64,000 nucleotides of DNA, taken from the NCBI GenBank assembly GCA_951406725.2, contig OX597816.1, forward strand, positions 47,864,001 to 47,928,000. Reading direction: 5' to 3'. The notes beneath the pieces are model-generated. The model was not told the origin of the DNA. It was given only the letters and a program-made list of their open reading frames with translations, and did not search any database. Each line of letters begins with the position of its first letter. The first letter of the stretch is position 1. This stretch comes from Octopus vulgaris (Eukaryota). Shown here one piece after another: positions 11,470-24,273 of the stretch. Position numbers and translations under genes: made by a program.

Positions 11470-13260
11470 ATTGGCTTGAAATTTTGACACAGGGTCAGCA
11501 GATTTTGAAGGGAGGGGCAAGTAGATTAGATCAACCACAGTATTTGACTGGTACTTATTTTATTGACCCTAAAAGGATGAAGGGTGAAGTTGACCTCAGC
11601 AGAAATTTGAACTCAGAACATAAAGACAGATGAAATGTGGTTAAGAATTTTGTCCAGTGTGATAACAATTCTACCAGTTTACCACCTTGCCAGCTGGCAA
11701 TATTAAGTCTACTACTGAGGCAATGAGCTGGTGGAATCGTTTGAACCAGTGGGAAAAATGCTTAGTGGCATTTCATCCATCTTTATGATCTGAGTTCAAA
11801 TTCTGCCAAAGTAAGCTTTGTTTTTCATCCTTTTAGGAGTTGATAAAATATGTACCAGTTGATCCCTAGAGTCTATGTAATCAACTTGTCCCTCCCCATG
11901 AATTGCTGGCCTTATACCAAAATTTGAAAGCAATATCAAGTCTACTACTAAGGCGGTAAGCTGATGGAGTCATTAGTGAGCTGGTCAAATTGCTTAGCTT
12001 CATTTCATCCCTCTTTACGTTCTGAGATCAAATTCAGCTGAAGTCACCTTTGCCTTACATCCTTTCAGAGTCGCTAAAATATGTACCAGCTGAGTACTGG
12101 GGTCGATGTAATCTACTTACACCCTTCCAATAAATTGCTAGTCTTGTGCCAAAATTGGGAACCAATATTAAATCTATTAATTGGCTGGATTAAGTCTACC
12201 ACATAATAAATCATGGCATGATTTGAACTCAGAATACAGAGAACTAGAATAAATATTCTTTTCTACTCTGGGCACAAGGCCGGAAATTTTGGAGGAGGGG
12301 GCCAATCGATTAGATTCACTCCAGTACACAACTGGTACATAATTTACCAACCCCGAAATGATGAAATGCAAAGTTGGCCTTGGTGGAATTTGAACTCAGA
12401 ACATAAAGATAGATGAAAAAGTGCTAAGCATTTCGTCTGGCATGCTAATGTTTCTGCCAGCTTGCATTCCTTACATTCTAAGTTCAAATCCAGCTGATGT
12501 AATCTTTTCTTTTCCTTCTTCCAAAGTCAAGTATGGAGGTTGATTTGATCAAACGATTCCCTCCAACTAAATTTATGGCCTTGTGCTGTCAATGTTAGAA
12601 ATTACTTGGTGTTGGACTGAAAAACACTTTAACCCTTTTGATACCAACCCAGCTGAAACTGCCTCTGGCTCTGTAGTACAAACGTCTTATTTTCAAAAGT
12701 TCTGAATTAAAATCTTCCACCAAACTTTAGCCACAATACATATTCCTAACACTAGCTTAATGATAACTAAGTTATGTTACTAAATTCTTTGTTATATCTA
12801 AAATCAATTGAAAGAAACACAGAGCATCTCAAAATAAATACAGTAACGAAAGGGTTAAGGCAGTGGACAAAAAGCGTTTTGGTGGAACTGTTTGAGCACT
12901 GGACAAAATGCTAAGCAGCATTTTATCTGGCCTTATGTTCTGAGTTCAAACTCTGCCAAGGTCAACTTTGCCTTTTATCTTTTCGGGGTTGATAAAATAA
13001 GTACCAGTTATGCACTGGGGTCGATGTAATCGACTAATCTTTACCCAACAAAAATTTCAGGTCAGGCCTTGTGCCTAAATTAGAAAGACTCATTCGTTCT
13101 GATTCTACATTCTGCTACAAAGTTTGTTGAGTTCAACTTTGCCTTTCATTCTTCAGAGGTGTTGATAAATTAAGGCATCAATGAAATACAGGAATGATTT
13201 AATTGATCCATCTATTCCCCACAAATTTATGGCTTTGCGCTTGTGTCACAAATGATTATA
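11470..13260. mobile_element. Cluster of degraded family B SINEs on both strands
   Basis: At least six copies of TTCTGAGTTCAAATT..CTTTGCCTTTCATCC..AAGTACCAG. Confidence 0.75.
12633..12854. mobile_element. piggyBac-type MITE
   Basis: TTAA-CCCTTTTGATAC...GTAACGAAAGGG-TTAA: TTAA target-site duplication (TSD) and CCC/GGG termini. Confidence 0.85.
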
Positions 13261-14050
13261 AATGATTATAAGAATGATTATAAAGATGTCGTATACAGTG
13301 ATATCAAATAAACATGGAAAAATGGAAAAAACTCACACATAGGATGCAAACAAGCTCAATCCTTCATCAGCTGTTGACCAAATATCATCACAATTTTGAC
13401 ACCTTCCAACAAATGATTACTATGATAAAAAAAACAACAGCTGTGCTATAAAATGCATAATTCTGTCATTTGCTTTGCTGTACTCAAGAAGACCCATCCA
13501 TTGATACCAGTGCTGGTGCCACTTAAAGAGCATTTGTGCTGCTGCCACATTAAAAGCACTGGTGCTGGTACCACATAAAAAGCAGTTAGTACACTTTGTG
13601 GAGTGGTTGGCATTAGAAAGGGCATCCAGCTGTAGAAACTATGTCAAAATAGACAATGGAGTCTGGTGCGGCCCTTGACCTTACCAACTCTGGTGAAACT
13701 GCCCAACCCATGCCAGCATGGAAAACATATGCTAAATGATGGTGATGATGATGATGTGGATGTGGATGATGATCACGATCACAATGATTAGTTCTATCAT
13801 ATTATTGAGACTGACTACACACTGTTGTAAGATCCGATTACGTGTATTGATACATGACCTCTATTTCTTTTGTATAGAAGCAGTATTTTTGATGATACTG
13901 TGGCTTACTAGAAAGTTTATAAAAGCAAAGCAGCAACATTTTTGACAAAACTGGAGAAAAGGCATTTTTTTCTAAGAGACACCATGGATTATTTGAAACA
14001 GAGTAAGAATTTCTAGTACATTTACTAAACAGTTTATCCAATTAAGAACA

Positions 14051-14095
<45 letters not shown>

Positions 14096-15452
14096 ACACA
14101 CATGCATGCAAACATGTACACACACATGCATATGCACATATGAACATGCACATGTATGCACACACTCATACACCTAAATACAACCTTGCACTGCAACATA
14201 CACGTGCACATACTTGCACATGTATTTATCCAATTAACTGCACTGGTATGCACTCATTTAGAGGAATCTCTGTTGATTTTGATAACAAAGATTCAGTTGT
14301 TCAATTAACTGAATTGCTTTCTCATTGAATTAGCGTGTAGGTGACTGAATATTCCTAAGACACATGTACTCATGATGCAATTTCAAGACAGATTTTGCAA
14401 GGAATCATGTATGACAAAGCCATACCTTTGAAATACAGCTACATTATATCAGACCGGCTTCTGTGCAGTTTCCATCTCAGGTAATTATACTCACTAATTT
14501 CTGTAGACCATTATCTGCAGGAAATGACATTTGCCCAAGATACCATGCAGTGGAATTGAACTCAGGATCTCATCTGCAAAGCAAACTTCTTAACCATTCA
14601 GCTATAATGTATTTATGCACGCTGGAATGTGATAGTTGCAACTTTATTCTCAGTAATATCATAGCTTGATTAATGTGGTGAACAGGTAGAATTGTTAGCA
14701 TGCTGGACAAAATGCCTAGTGAGTACAAATTCAGCCGAGGTCACCTTTGCCTTTCATCCTTTTGGGGTCATTTTGAGGCTCTTGGGGGATCAATAAAACC
14801 CTGTTGAACTGGGTAATTAACTTAACCCTTCCCCCAAAATTGTTGGCCTTGTGCCAAAATTTGAATCCAATATCATAGTTGGTTCTTTTTCTTAAACACG
14901 AACAGCACAGGTGTGGCTCATTTGTACACTACCTCATTTGTACAAATATGGCATCAATGGGCACCTCTTGCAACCAGTGTTCAGTAAGGTTACCACCTGT
15001 GCCTTCATTCCATTACTGAAATTTTAATCAAGAGTTTTGCCTTTGTTTGCTACAGTCAACAAAGATGTAATAGAGATGTAATCATGTGATTCCTGTGCTT
15101 CAACCTTTTTAAAGTGAGGAAAGGACTTTGCAGAGAGTCATCCCATTCTTCAAAAAATGCATACGCTTGCCCTTAAACAAAAACTAGTCTACATCATTAG
15201 ATGCAAACAACGTCACAGGTGTTACAACAGGGTTTTGTTTTTCTCCTAGAGAGATGTCTTAACTTTACTGTATTCATCCACCTTTGACAGGTTTTGTATT
15301 CATCCTGCAAGGTGTCCAATGAAAACCACGCTTTTTACCAAGCAGGCTTGGTAGGGTTACCAATTTCATTGTTAACATTCCAATCATGCAACGAGTTGTA
15401 GAGGATTACTGGTCACCAGCAGCGCTAAGAGCACTACTAGTGATTCATGTGC

Positions 15453-15520
<68 letters not shown>

Positions 15521-15552
15521 GTAATAGTAGTAATAATAATAATAGTAATAAT

Positions 15553-16700
15553 AGGGCAGTATCATTACTTAGATACTTAGCAGCTTTTGTAGATTGGACA
15601 AAAACTGAATTAGCACAGCTAGACAGAAGAACTAAGAAGGAATTCAATATGAATGGAGGACTCCACCCAAGGGCAGGAGTAGCATGATTATATCAGCCTA
15701 GAAAGGAAGGCAGAAGAGGGTTAATATCAGGAGAAGACTCCTTGGAGTTAGCTAGAGTAGATATAGACTCCTATGTAGGTAATAAAGAAGAAAGTTTATT
15801 AAAAGCTGCTAGAATCACAGTAAGACATAGGGAAACCAAAAACCCAAACGAACTTAAAAACCAAGAAAAAGAACAGAAGTTATCTCACTGGCAGGAGAAG
15901 GCATTGCATGGTAGATTCAGCAAATAGTAGTAGTGAGACATGGCTATGATTGCAGAAAAAGAAACTGAATAGAGAGATAGAAAGTTTGTTAGTAGCTGCA
16001 CAAGATCAAGCATTAAAGACTAATTGGATGAAAGCCAAGAAAGACAAAAACCAAGTAGAATGCCAATGTAAATTATACAAATTAAAAGAGAAAAGTGTTA
16101 CTCACATAGTAAGTGAATGTAGCATGCTATCACAGAAAAAATACAAGAAAAGGCATTTAGGGACAGTAATCCACTGGGAGCTATATAGAAAGGTAGGATT
16201 TGAAGATACTGATAAATGCTATGAACATAAACCTAGTAAAGTACTAGAAATTAAGAAATATAAGATGTGGGACTTCAACATTCAGACTGACAGTCATAGA
16301 AGCTAGAAGGCCTGATTTGGTAGTAGTAGATAAAGAGAATAGAAAGTGCCAGATGATTGACTTTACAGTCCCAAATGATGAAAAAATTAATAAGAGAAGT
16401 ATAGAAAAAATAGCAAAGTACAAGGACCTAGCTATCGAATTACAGAGACTATGGAAAGTGTGGGTAAAATGTATCCCAATAGTTACAGGTGCATTGGGAA
16501 CTATCCTTAAAGATCTGAACAGATGGATAGAGGAAATAGGTATAAAACCCAGTTTAGTACAGCTCCATAAAACAGTGTTATTAGGGAGAGCTAGGATACT
16601 TTGGGGGGTTCTTGGCATCTAAGATTACTTGTTGTGGCCTGATGCTTGGATGTTTTTCTTTTTCAATAGTCTAATCTGTTGAGTGTATATGAAAATAATG
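15553..16700 (+). mobile_element. 5'-truncated R4/Dong-clade non-LTR retrotransposon in (TAA)n
   Basis: LDRRTKK..LHPRA..LYQPRKEG, AAQDQAL, a degenerate CCHC knuckle (CKLYK..THIVSEC) and RLE motifs RPDLVVVD..IDFTVP..KYKDL..IVTGALG. (TAA)n on both flanks. Confidence 0.92.
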
Positions 16701-16734
16701 ATAATAATAATAATAACAATAATAATAATAATAA

Positions 16735-16808
<74 letters not shown>

Positions 16809-16830
16809 ATAATAATAATAGTGGTAATAA

Positions 16831-17370
16831 TACTTTCTTTTATAGACCATAAGGGCCAAACACAAAACAAGTAGGGATGATGCAATACAAGGGACAAGTG
16901 GGGAGTTGAACAATGCTGTGTATACAATAAGTAACAAAAGCAATTAACGAAGCAATTAAATAATAAAATTCTCCGAAAGTGGGAGAGTTCGTCTCGGGGA
17001 CAACCAAGGAACTCCACACCTTCTGATTATCCTGACCACCAGCTGCACCTCAACAGGCACCTCTCTCCTTCTTTAAACTCCTCCGGTTAACAAACGAAAG
17101 TCCAGAGTAGGCTCATTCACATGGGCTATCTTCTGCACAGTCACTGCCTTTCAACAAATTTACTGGTGAGCAGAACCTTCTTCTCTACTCTCACTTTCTT
17201 TTATCATTTGGTACTTGTAAAAGTCAATGAGGACTTAGCCAAAGGGGTACGTATCTGTCTTCAGTCCTTTCAATCTCATCCACCATACTATCTCCTTTGC
17301 CATAGCCACCAAACAGAAGAAAACTGCCTTTCCTTTCTGGCCAAAGGACGGTGGCAGGGTGATCTTCATG
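16831..17370 (-). mobile_element. 3' end of an L1/Tx1-like LINE, decayed
   Basis: Minus strand encodes VFFCLVAMAKEIVWWMRLKG...KVRVEKKVL, resembling the AK..IW..R C-terminus of Tx1 ORF2. A 3' UTR follows and ends ATAAAAGAAAG at (TTA/CTA)n. Confidence 0.6.
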
Positions 17371-17394
17371 ATGATGATGATTATGATGATGATA

Positions 17395-17477
<83 letters not shown>

Positions 17478-17905
17478 CCTTTCTATTATAGGTACAAGGC
17501 CTGAAATCTCGGGGGAGGGGTTTAGTTGATTTTGTTGACTGCTGTACTTGATTGGTACTTATTTTGTTGACCCCAAAAGGATGAAAGACAAAGTCGACCT
17601 CAGTGGAATTTAAACTCAGAACACAGTGATGGGTGAAATATCTATTTCTTTACTACCCACAAGGGGCTAAACACAGAGGGGACAAACAAGGACAGACAAA
17701 TGGATTAAGTCGATTACATCGACCCCAGTGCGTAACTGGTACATAATTTATCGACCCCGAAAGGATGAAAGGCAAAGTCGACCTCGGCAGAATTTGAACT
17801 CAGAACGTAACGGCAGACGAAATACGGCTACGCATTTCGCCCGGCGTTCTAATACCACAAGAATTTAGTCAAGCATGCTAATGCTTCTGCCAGCTCACCA
17901 CCTTA
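17478..17905 (-). mobile_element. Family B SINE dimer with two different tails
   Basis: The two bodies end in alternative tails, GCCCCTTGTGGGTAGTAAAG and CAGGCCTTGTACCTATAATAGAAAG. Confidence 0.8.
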
Positions 17906-17939
17906 ATAATAATAATGATAATAATGTTTGTCCATCATT

Positions 17940-18185
17940 GTCATCAATAACCAGAACATCACACTGGAGAAGATGGATCATGGCATGTCTGGTTGTGGTC
18001 AATCAGGCTGATGCATGCTTGAAAGGTTTCTTCCTACAGGTCGGTCACTGGTGGTCTGCTGGGAATGAAGACAAAAAATTGGCTCTCGACTTGTGCAGAT
18101 CACATCTTCTTTGTGCTCCTGTGATCCTGTTCTATTCATAGGATTGTAGGAGGTGGCAGCTCTGTCAGTGCAGCTAAGCTAGGCA
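17940..18185 (-). mobile_element. Degraded RTE-clade LINE 3' end
   Basis: Minus strand gives NRITGAQRRCDLHKSRA...PTCRK..ACISLIDH, resembling the RTE C-terminal zinc finger, followed by a (GAT)-like tail. Confidence 0.5.
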
Positions 18186-20444
18186 GGGAAATCCTGTGCG
18201 TGCATTTCCCATATGTTTGTTTCACTAAGATTGATCTTGGGGAACTATGCAACACCATTGCATTCACTTATAAATGAATCTGTGTCAGTTTCACTGATGA
18301 GAAATTTGCTGTTTGATCTCTTCAGAGAGATATCAAAACAAAAATTAAAGGGTTTCTCACTCTATTGAGTTCATCTAGCTTTTGACAGATTTCTATTCAT
18401 CCTGTTGGGTGTCCAATGAAGACCACCCATCTTACCAAGCAGGCTTAGTAGGGTTGCCGGTTTAGTAGTTAACAGTGTGAGCACTCAACAATTTTTGTAG
18501 AGTTGTAGAGAGTTCCTTGTCATCTTGTCATCAGTAGCACTAAGAGTGTTACTAGTAACTCATGTAAAAAGGTAAAGACCTCTTTCAGTCATGAATGACC
18601 ATGGGATTGCACCTAGAAAGTTCCTCTCTGAGGCACAAGTCTAGGCAAGGTTGTTTATAGAAGACCAGTAGTCACCCATGCATGCCAGACTCCCTTCTCC
18701 ATGCCCCTGATGTTATCCAAAGGAAAGGCAAAGGCGGATATAGCTTGGTACCAGTGATGTCACAACTCGTTTCTACAACTGAATGAACTGGAACAATGTG
18801 AAATAAAGTGTCTAGCTCAAGAACTCAACATGCAACTCAGTCCAGGAATTGAACTTAATACCTCATGATCGTGAGCCTGACACTCTAGCCACTGAGCTAT
18901 GCGCCTTCAGTGATTCACGTACATATACACATACATACACTTGCACATATGTTTTTTTGGCTAAGATTGATTTTGGACTATTGCATTCACTTATAAATGA
19001 CTCTGTGTCAGTTTCACTAATGAGTAATTTATTGTCTGATCTCTTCAGAGAGATATCAAAACAAAATTAAGGGGTTTTCTGCTCCCAGCTGTTCACTCTA
19101 CTAAGTTCATCTAACTTTTGACAGATTTTGTATTCACCCTATCTTGCGGGGATATCCAATGTAAACCACCCATCTTACCAAGCAGGCCAGTGCTACTTGT
19201 TATTCATGTTCAGATACACATATATACACTCACACATATGTTTGTTTGACTGAGATTGATCATGTGCTACACTAGCTTGGTAGGATTGCCAGTTTAGTTG
19301 TCAACAGCTTGATCATACAACAAGCTGTAGAAGTTTACATATCACCAGTAACACTAGGAGTGCTACTAGTAACACATGTACACACGCACATGTTTGTTCA
19401 GCTGAGGTTGATCTTGGAACAAAACAACATCATTGTGTTCACTTATAAATGAACCTCTGTTAATTTTGCTTACGAGTAATTTGTTGTTTGATCAACTAGA
19501 CTTGTTTAAATTAGTTAAGTGGTTGAGTATTCCAAAGACATTCCATCCAAGAGGCTTCCATACAGTTTCTATCTACCACCATTTCCCTTGGCAGGCTTGA
19601 GTTGACTTGAGGCTATGGTAAAGACAGTTAATCAAGATGTCATGCTATGCAATTGAACCTGGGATCATGTGATTGCAAAGCAAACATTTTAACCATTTGG
19701 CTATGTTTCATCTATTCTTTATTTTTTCATTCTCGTACTTGTTTCAGTCATTTGACTGCGGCCATGCTGGAGCACAACCTTAAAGCGTTTTAGTCAAAGA
19801 AATTGACACCAGAACTTATTCTTTGTACACCTAGTACTTCTTCTATTGGTCTCTTTTGCCGAACCACTTAGTTATGGGAGACGTAAACACACCAGCATCA
19901 TTTGTCAAACGATGGTGGGGTGGGGGAATAAACATAGACACATCATCATCATCATTGTTTAATGTCTGTTTTCCATGCTAGCATGGGTGGGACGGTACCA
20001 CAAGAGCTGGCCAGGCTGAAGCCTGTACCAGATTTCTGTGACTGTTTTGGCAGGATTTTTACTGTTGGATTCCCTTCTTAACACCAACCACTTAGCATAC
20101 ACATACACATAAAAACACAGACAGACAGACACACACACACACACGCACACACACACGATAGGCTTCTTTCAATTTCTGTCTACCAAATCCACTCCTAAGG
20201 CTATTGTTGACCTGAGGCTATAGTGGAAGACTCTTGCCCAAGGTTCCATGCAGTGCTCAAGGTGCACAAAGTTCTGAACTCATAACCGTGTAGTTGAGAA
20301 GTAAGCTTCTTACCACACAGCCATGCCAGTGTCTATGCAAGCTTCTTACCACATAGCCATACCTGCGCCTATGTATAAGTATGTTTGTGTGAGGGCTTAC
20401 ATGTATATGCATGTGTGTGTAGGGAGAGAATATGTTCTGTTTCT

Positions 20445-21197
20445 TATTTCTTATTTCTTTATTGCCCACAAGGAGCTAAACATAGAGGGGACAAACAAGG
20501 ACAGACAGAGGGATTAAGTTGATTACATCGATCCCAGTGCGTAACTGGTACTTAATTTATTGATCTCGAAAGGATGAAAGAAAAAGTCGACCTCGGCAGA
20601 ATTTGAACTCAGAACATAACGGCAGACGAAAAACCTATTTCTTTACTACCCACAAGGGGTTAAACAAAGAGAGGACAAAGAAGGACAGACAAACGGATTA
20701 AGTCGATTATATCGACCCCAGTGTGTAACTGGTACTTATTTAATCAACCCCGAAAGGATGAAAGGCAAAGTCGACCCCGGTGGAATTTGAACTCAGAACG
20801 TAATGGTAGACGAAATACCTATTTCTTTATTACCTACAAGGGGCTAAACACAGAGAGGACAAACAAGGACAGACAAACGGATTAAGTCGATTATATCGAC
20901 CCCAGTGTGTAACTGGTACTTAATTTATCGACCCCGAAAAGATGAAAGGCAAAGTTGACCTTCGCGGAATTTGAACTCAGAATGTAATGGCAGACGAAAT
21001 ACCTATTTCTTTACTACCTACAAGGGGCTAAACACAGAGAGGACAAACAAGGACAGACAAACGGATTAAGTCAATTATATCGACCCCAGTGTGTAACTGG
21101 TACTTATTTAATCAACCCCGAAAGGATGAAAGGCAAAGTCGACCTCGGCTAAGCATTTCGCCCGGTGTGCTAATGTTTCTGCCAGCTCACCGCCTTG
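20445..21197 (-). mobile_element. Head-to-tail array of four ~183 bp family B SINE units
   Basis: Units start near 20450, 20636, 20820 and 21004 with the junction GACGAAATACCTATTTCTTTA. A single 5' head lies at 21150-21197. Confidence 0.9.
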
Positions 21198-21911
21198 AAT
21201 ATATTCTGTTTCTAACAAGTGTTTTGCTCTATATCTACCCCATTTCTTCACAAGGCTTGAGCTGATTTGAGGCTATGGTAAAAACACTTAATCAAGAAGT
21301 CGGGCAATGGAATTGAACCGAAGAACTTATGGTTTCAAAGCAAACTTTTTAACCATGTGGACATGCTTCATCCATGTATATGTATGTTTGTATGACCGCA
21401 TATGGGTGCGCACACACATACACACACATACACACACACACACACATGTACACACACACATATGTACACACACACACATGTACACACACACATGTACACA
21501 CACACACACACACGTGTGTGTTGGAATATATTGTTTCCAACAGACACTTAGCTCTATTTGTTTTTTGCTTTCTTGCACAATAAACCATCCTCTGTCCACT
21601 GTCCACTGTCTGCTACAAATTATTTATTGCTATTATGTTTTTTTTTTTCTTTTTCATAACTGTTACCTCATTAATCTTAGAAAATATGCCCACCTGATTT
21701 ACAGACACACTTTTTTTTGTGTTGTTTGCTTTGTATCTTAATACTTCTGTGATCAAATAACAAAAGTTTATTTTTTTTAATGAGGACAAATTTTAAAAAT
21801 TCAAACATACAAATATAATCATGGCTAGCAAATGAATTTTTTTTTAATATAGCTTTTTTTAAGACAGAATTTGCTGATTGATATGTTTTGCATTTTTTGT
21901 TTTATTTTTAC

Positions 21912-21932
21912 TTAGTAGTGGTAGTAGTAGTG

Positions 21933-21999
<67 letters not shown>

Positions 22000-22015
22000 A
22001 AGTAGTAGAAGTAGT

Positions 22016-22050
<35 letters not shown>

Positions 22051-22330
22051 AAGTAGTAGTGGTGGTGGTGGTAATAATAGTAGTAGTAGTTGTAGTAGTA
22101 GCAGTAGTAGTGGTGGTAGTAGTAATGGTAGTAGTGTTGTTGTAGTAACAGTCGTAATTGTAGAAGTAAAAGTAGTAGTAGTAGTAGTAGTAGTAGTGGA
22201 GGTGCTGGTGGTGGTGATGGCAGCAGCAGTTGTGGTAGTAGTGGTGGCAGTGATGTTGGTGGTGGTGGTGGTAGTAGTAGTTAGTAGTAGTGGTAGTGGT
22301 AGTAGTAGTTAGTAGTAGTAGTAGTAGTAG
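21912..22330. repeat. Compound (AGT)n/(AGC)n/(GGT)n microsatellite
   Basis: Read directly. Confidence 0.95.
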
Positions 22331-23147
22331 AGACTGATAGAGTAGGTACCAGATTTAAAAAAAGATATGCAGGGGTTGATTTGTTTGACTAAAACTTCTC
22401 AAGGAAGTGCCCCAGCATGGCCGCAGTAACAATTACAGAAACAAGTGAAAGATAGCGTGTGTGTGTTAGAGTGTGGTTAGAAGCTTGCTTCCCAACCACC
22501 TGGTTCCAGGTTCAGTCTTACTGTGTGGCACCTTGGGCAAGTATTTTCTACTATAGCCTTGGGCTGACCAAAGACTTGGAAACTGAAAGAAGCCCATCGT
22601 ATTTATGCATATTTATATGTATATATTTATGTTTCTGTTGCCCTGCCAACACTTGATAATTGATGCTGGTGTGTTTATGTCCCTGTAACTTAGCAGTTTG
22701 GTAAATGAGACCGATAGATTAAGTATTAGGCTTACATTAGAATGAGTCCTGAGGTCAGTTTCTTCAATTAAAACCTTTTAATTACTGGTGCTTCAGCATG
22801 GCCGCAGTCAAATGAGTGAAGCAAGTGAAAGGATATCACTACAGTCAATTTGCCTCTGCCTCAAAATAGCACTCAGATCTCCCTCATTACACTGTGCCAT
22901 CTTACAAAAAGGAGAAGGATACATTGATAGAACTTGAAATGCATAAGAGATGATAATGTTTAAATTAAATTTGACTATAGGTCTGCTCCATCAAGTCTGA
23001 CCTAGAGTTAAAAAACAATAGCTGAAATAACTGAACATCGTTGTTGGCCCATAAAATTGGCTTTACATTATTCAAATTAATTCATTAAATGTTATAATTA
23101 TTTGTTCACATTGTTTTGGATTAATCATGCATTATCTTGTAGCTTAT

Positions 23148-24118
23148 TTATGGGTCGGAAACTTGGAGTGTCAGCAAACTTATAAAGATTAATTGACAGA
23201 CCTTTGTCAACAAATGTCTGCAATACATACTCAAGATCTGGTGGCTGGACAAAATTTTAAACAGAAGTCTGTGGGATAGAATGAATCAAACACTTATCAA
23301 GGAAATGGGGCTAGATTGGTCACATTCTAATGAAACCTCCAAGCAGCATTGCAAGACAAGTGTTAGACTGGTAGCCTGAAGGAAGGAGGAAGGTTGGACA
23401 ACCTCAGAAGAAATGGAAAGAATCTTTTCTACTCTAAGCACAAGGCCTGAAATTTTGGGGGAGGGGGCCAGTCGATTAGATTGACCCCAGTACACAATTC
23501 CTACTTAATTTTCAACCCCAAAAGGATGAAAGGCAAAGTTGACCTTCTCAGAATTTGAACTCAGAATGTAAAGACAGACAAAATAACTCTAAGAATTTTG
23601 TCCAGCGTGCTAACGTTTCTGCCAGCTTGCTGCCTTAAGGCATAGAAAGAATGCATGAAGAATGATGTGAAAGCAATTGGTCTCTCTTGGTCTGAAATCA
23701 AGGCGGTAGCCCAGGATCACATCCACTGGCATGAAATAGTTGTGTCCCTTGTCTCCTCATGGAGTGGCACTCCATCAGTTATGATGACAAGCATCAGTTG
23801 ATCCAATCAATGGAACAGCCTACTCGTGAAATTAACAAGCATGAGGCTGAGTACTCCACAGACATGTGTACCCTTAACGTAGTTCTCAGGGAGATTCAGC
23901 ATGACACAGGGTGTGACAAGGCTGGCCCTTTGAAATACAGATACTTCTCATTTTTGCCAGCTGAGTGGACAGGAGCAATGTGAAATAAAGTGTCTTGCTC
24001 AAGGACATAACATGGCGCTGGGACTTGAATTCATGACTTTATGATCATGAGCTAAATACCCTAAGCACTAAGCCATATGTCTTCACCCTCATGGAGTAAT
24101 GTGAACTAAAAAGAAGAA
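23148..24118 (+). mobile_element. RTE-clade LINE 3' remnant with two SINE insertions
   Basis: YGSETW..TFVNKCLQYILKIWW..IGHILMKP..ARQVLDW.PEGRRKVGQP...AVAQD..W. The family C SINE at 23766-24086 has an 11 bp TSD CCTCATGGAGT (23755 and 24087). Confidence 0.8.
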
Positions 24119-24273
24119 CCTCATAGCTTCAAGATTCCATTGATGTTTTTGAGTATTTTTAGAATGACTTTGTAGAGGAGGCATGAGAGGCTGGATCTGA
24201 CCAGTTTGGACATAATATTTGAGCCAGATATGGCCAGTTTAAATTCTAAAGGATTAATCATTAATATGAGTTA

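Larger units (their letters stand above)
15240..19500 (+). repeat. Old tandem repeat (~350-400 bp unit, about 4 copies) broken up by later insertions
   Basis: Recurring blocks TTTGACAGRTTT..TATTCA..TCCAATG..TTACCAAGCAGGC (15282, 18380, 19117) and CATTCACTTATAAATGA (18261, 18984, similar at 19436). Confidence 0.8.

Noticed and set aside
13341-13373. Minus-strand CTGATGA-AGGAT..ATCCT
   Set aside because: Stem II pairs but no GAAA follows; at most a half motif.
20445-21197. CRISPR-like regular repeat
   Set aside because: The units are whole SINE copies with no unique spacers, and there are no cas genes.
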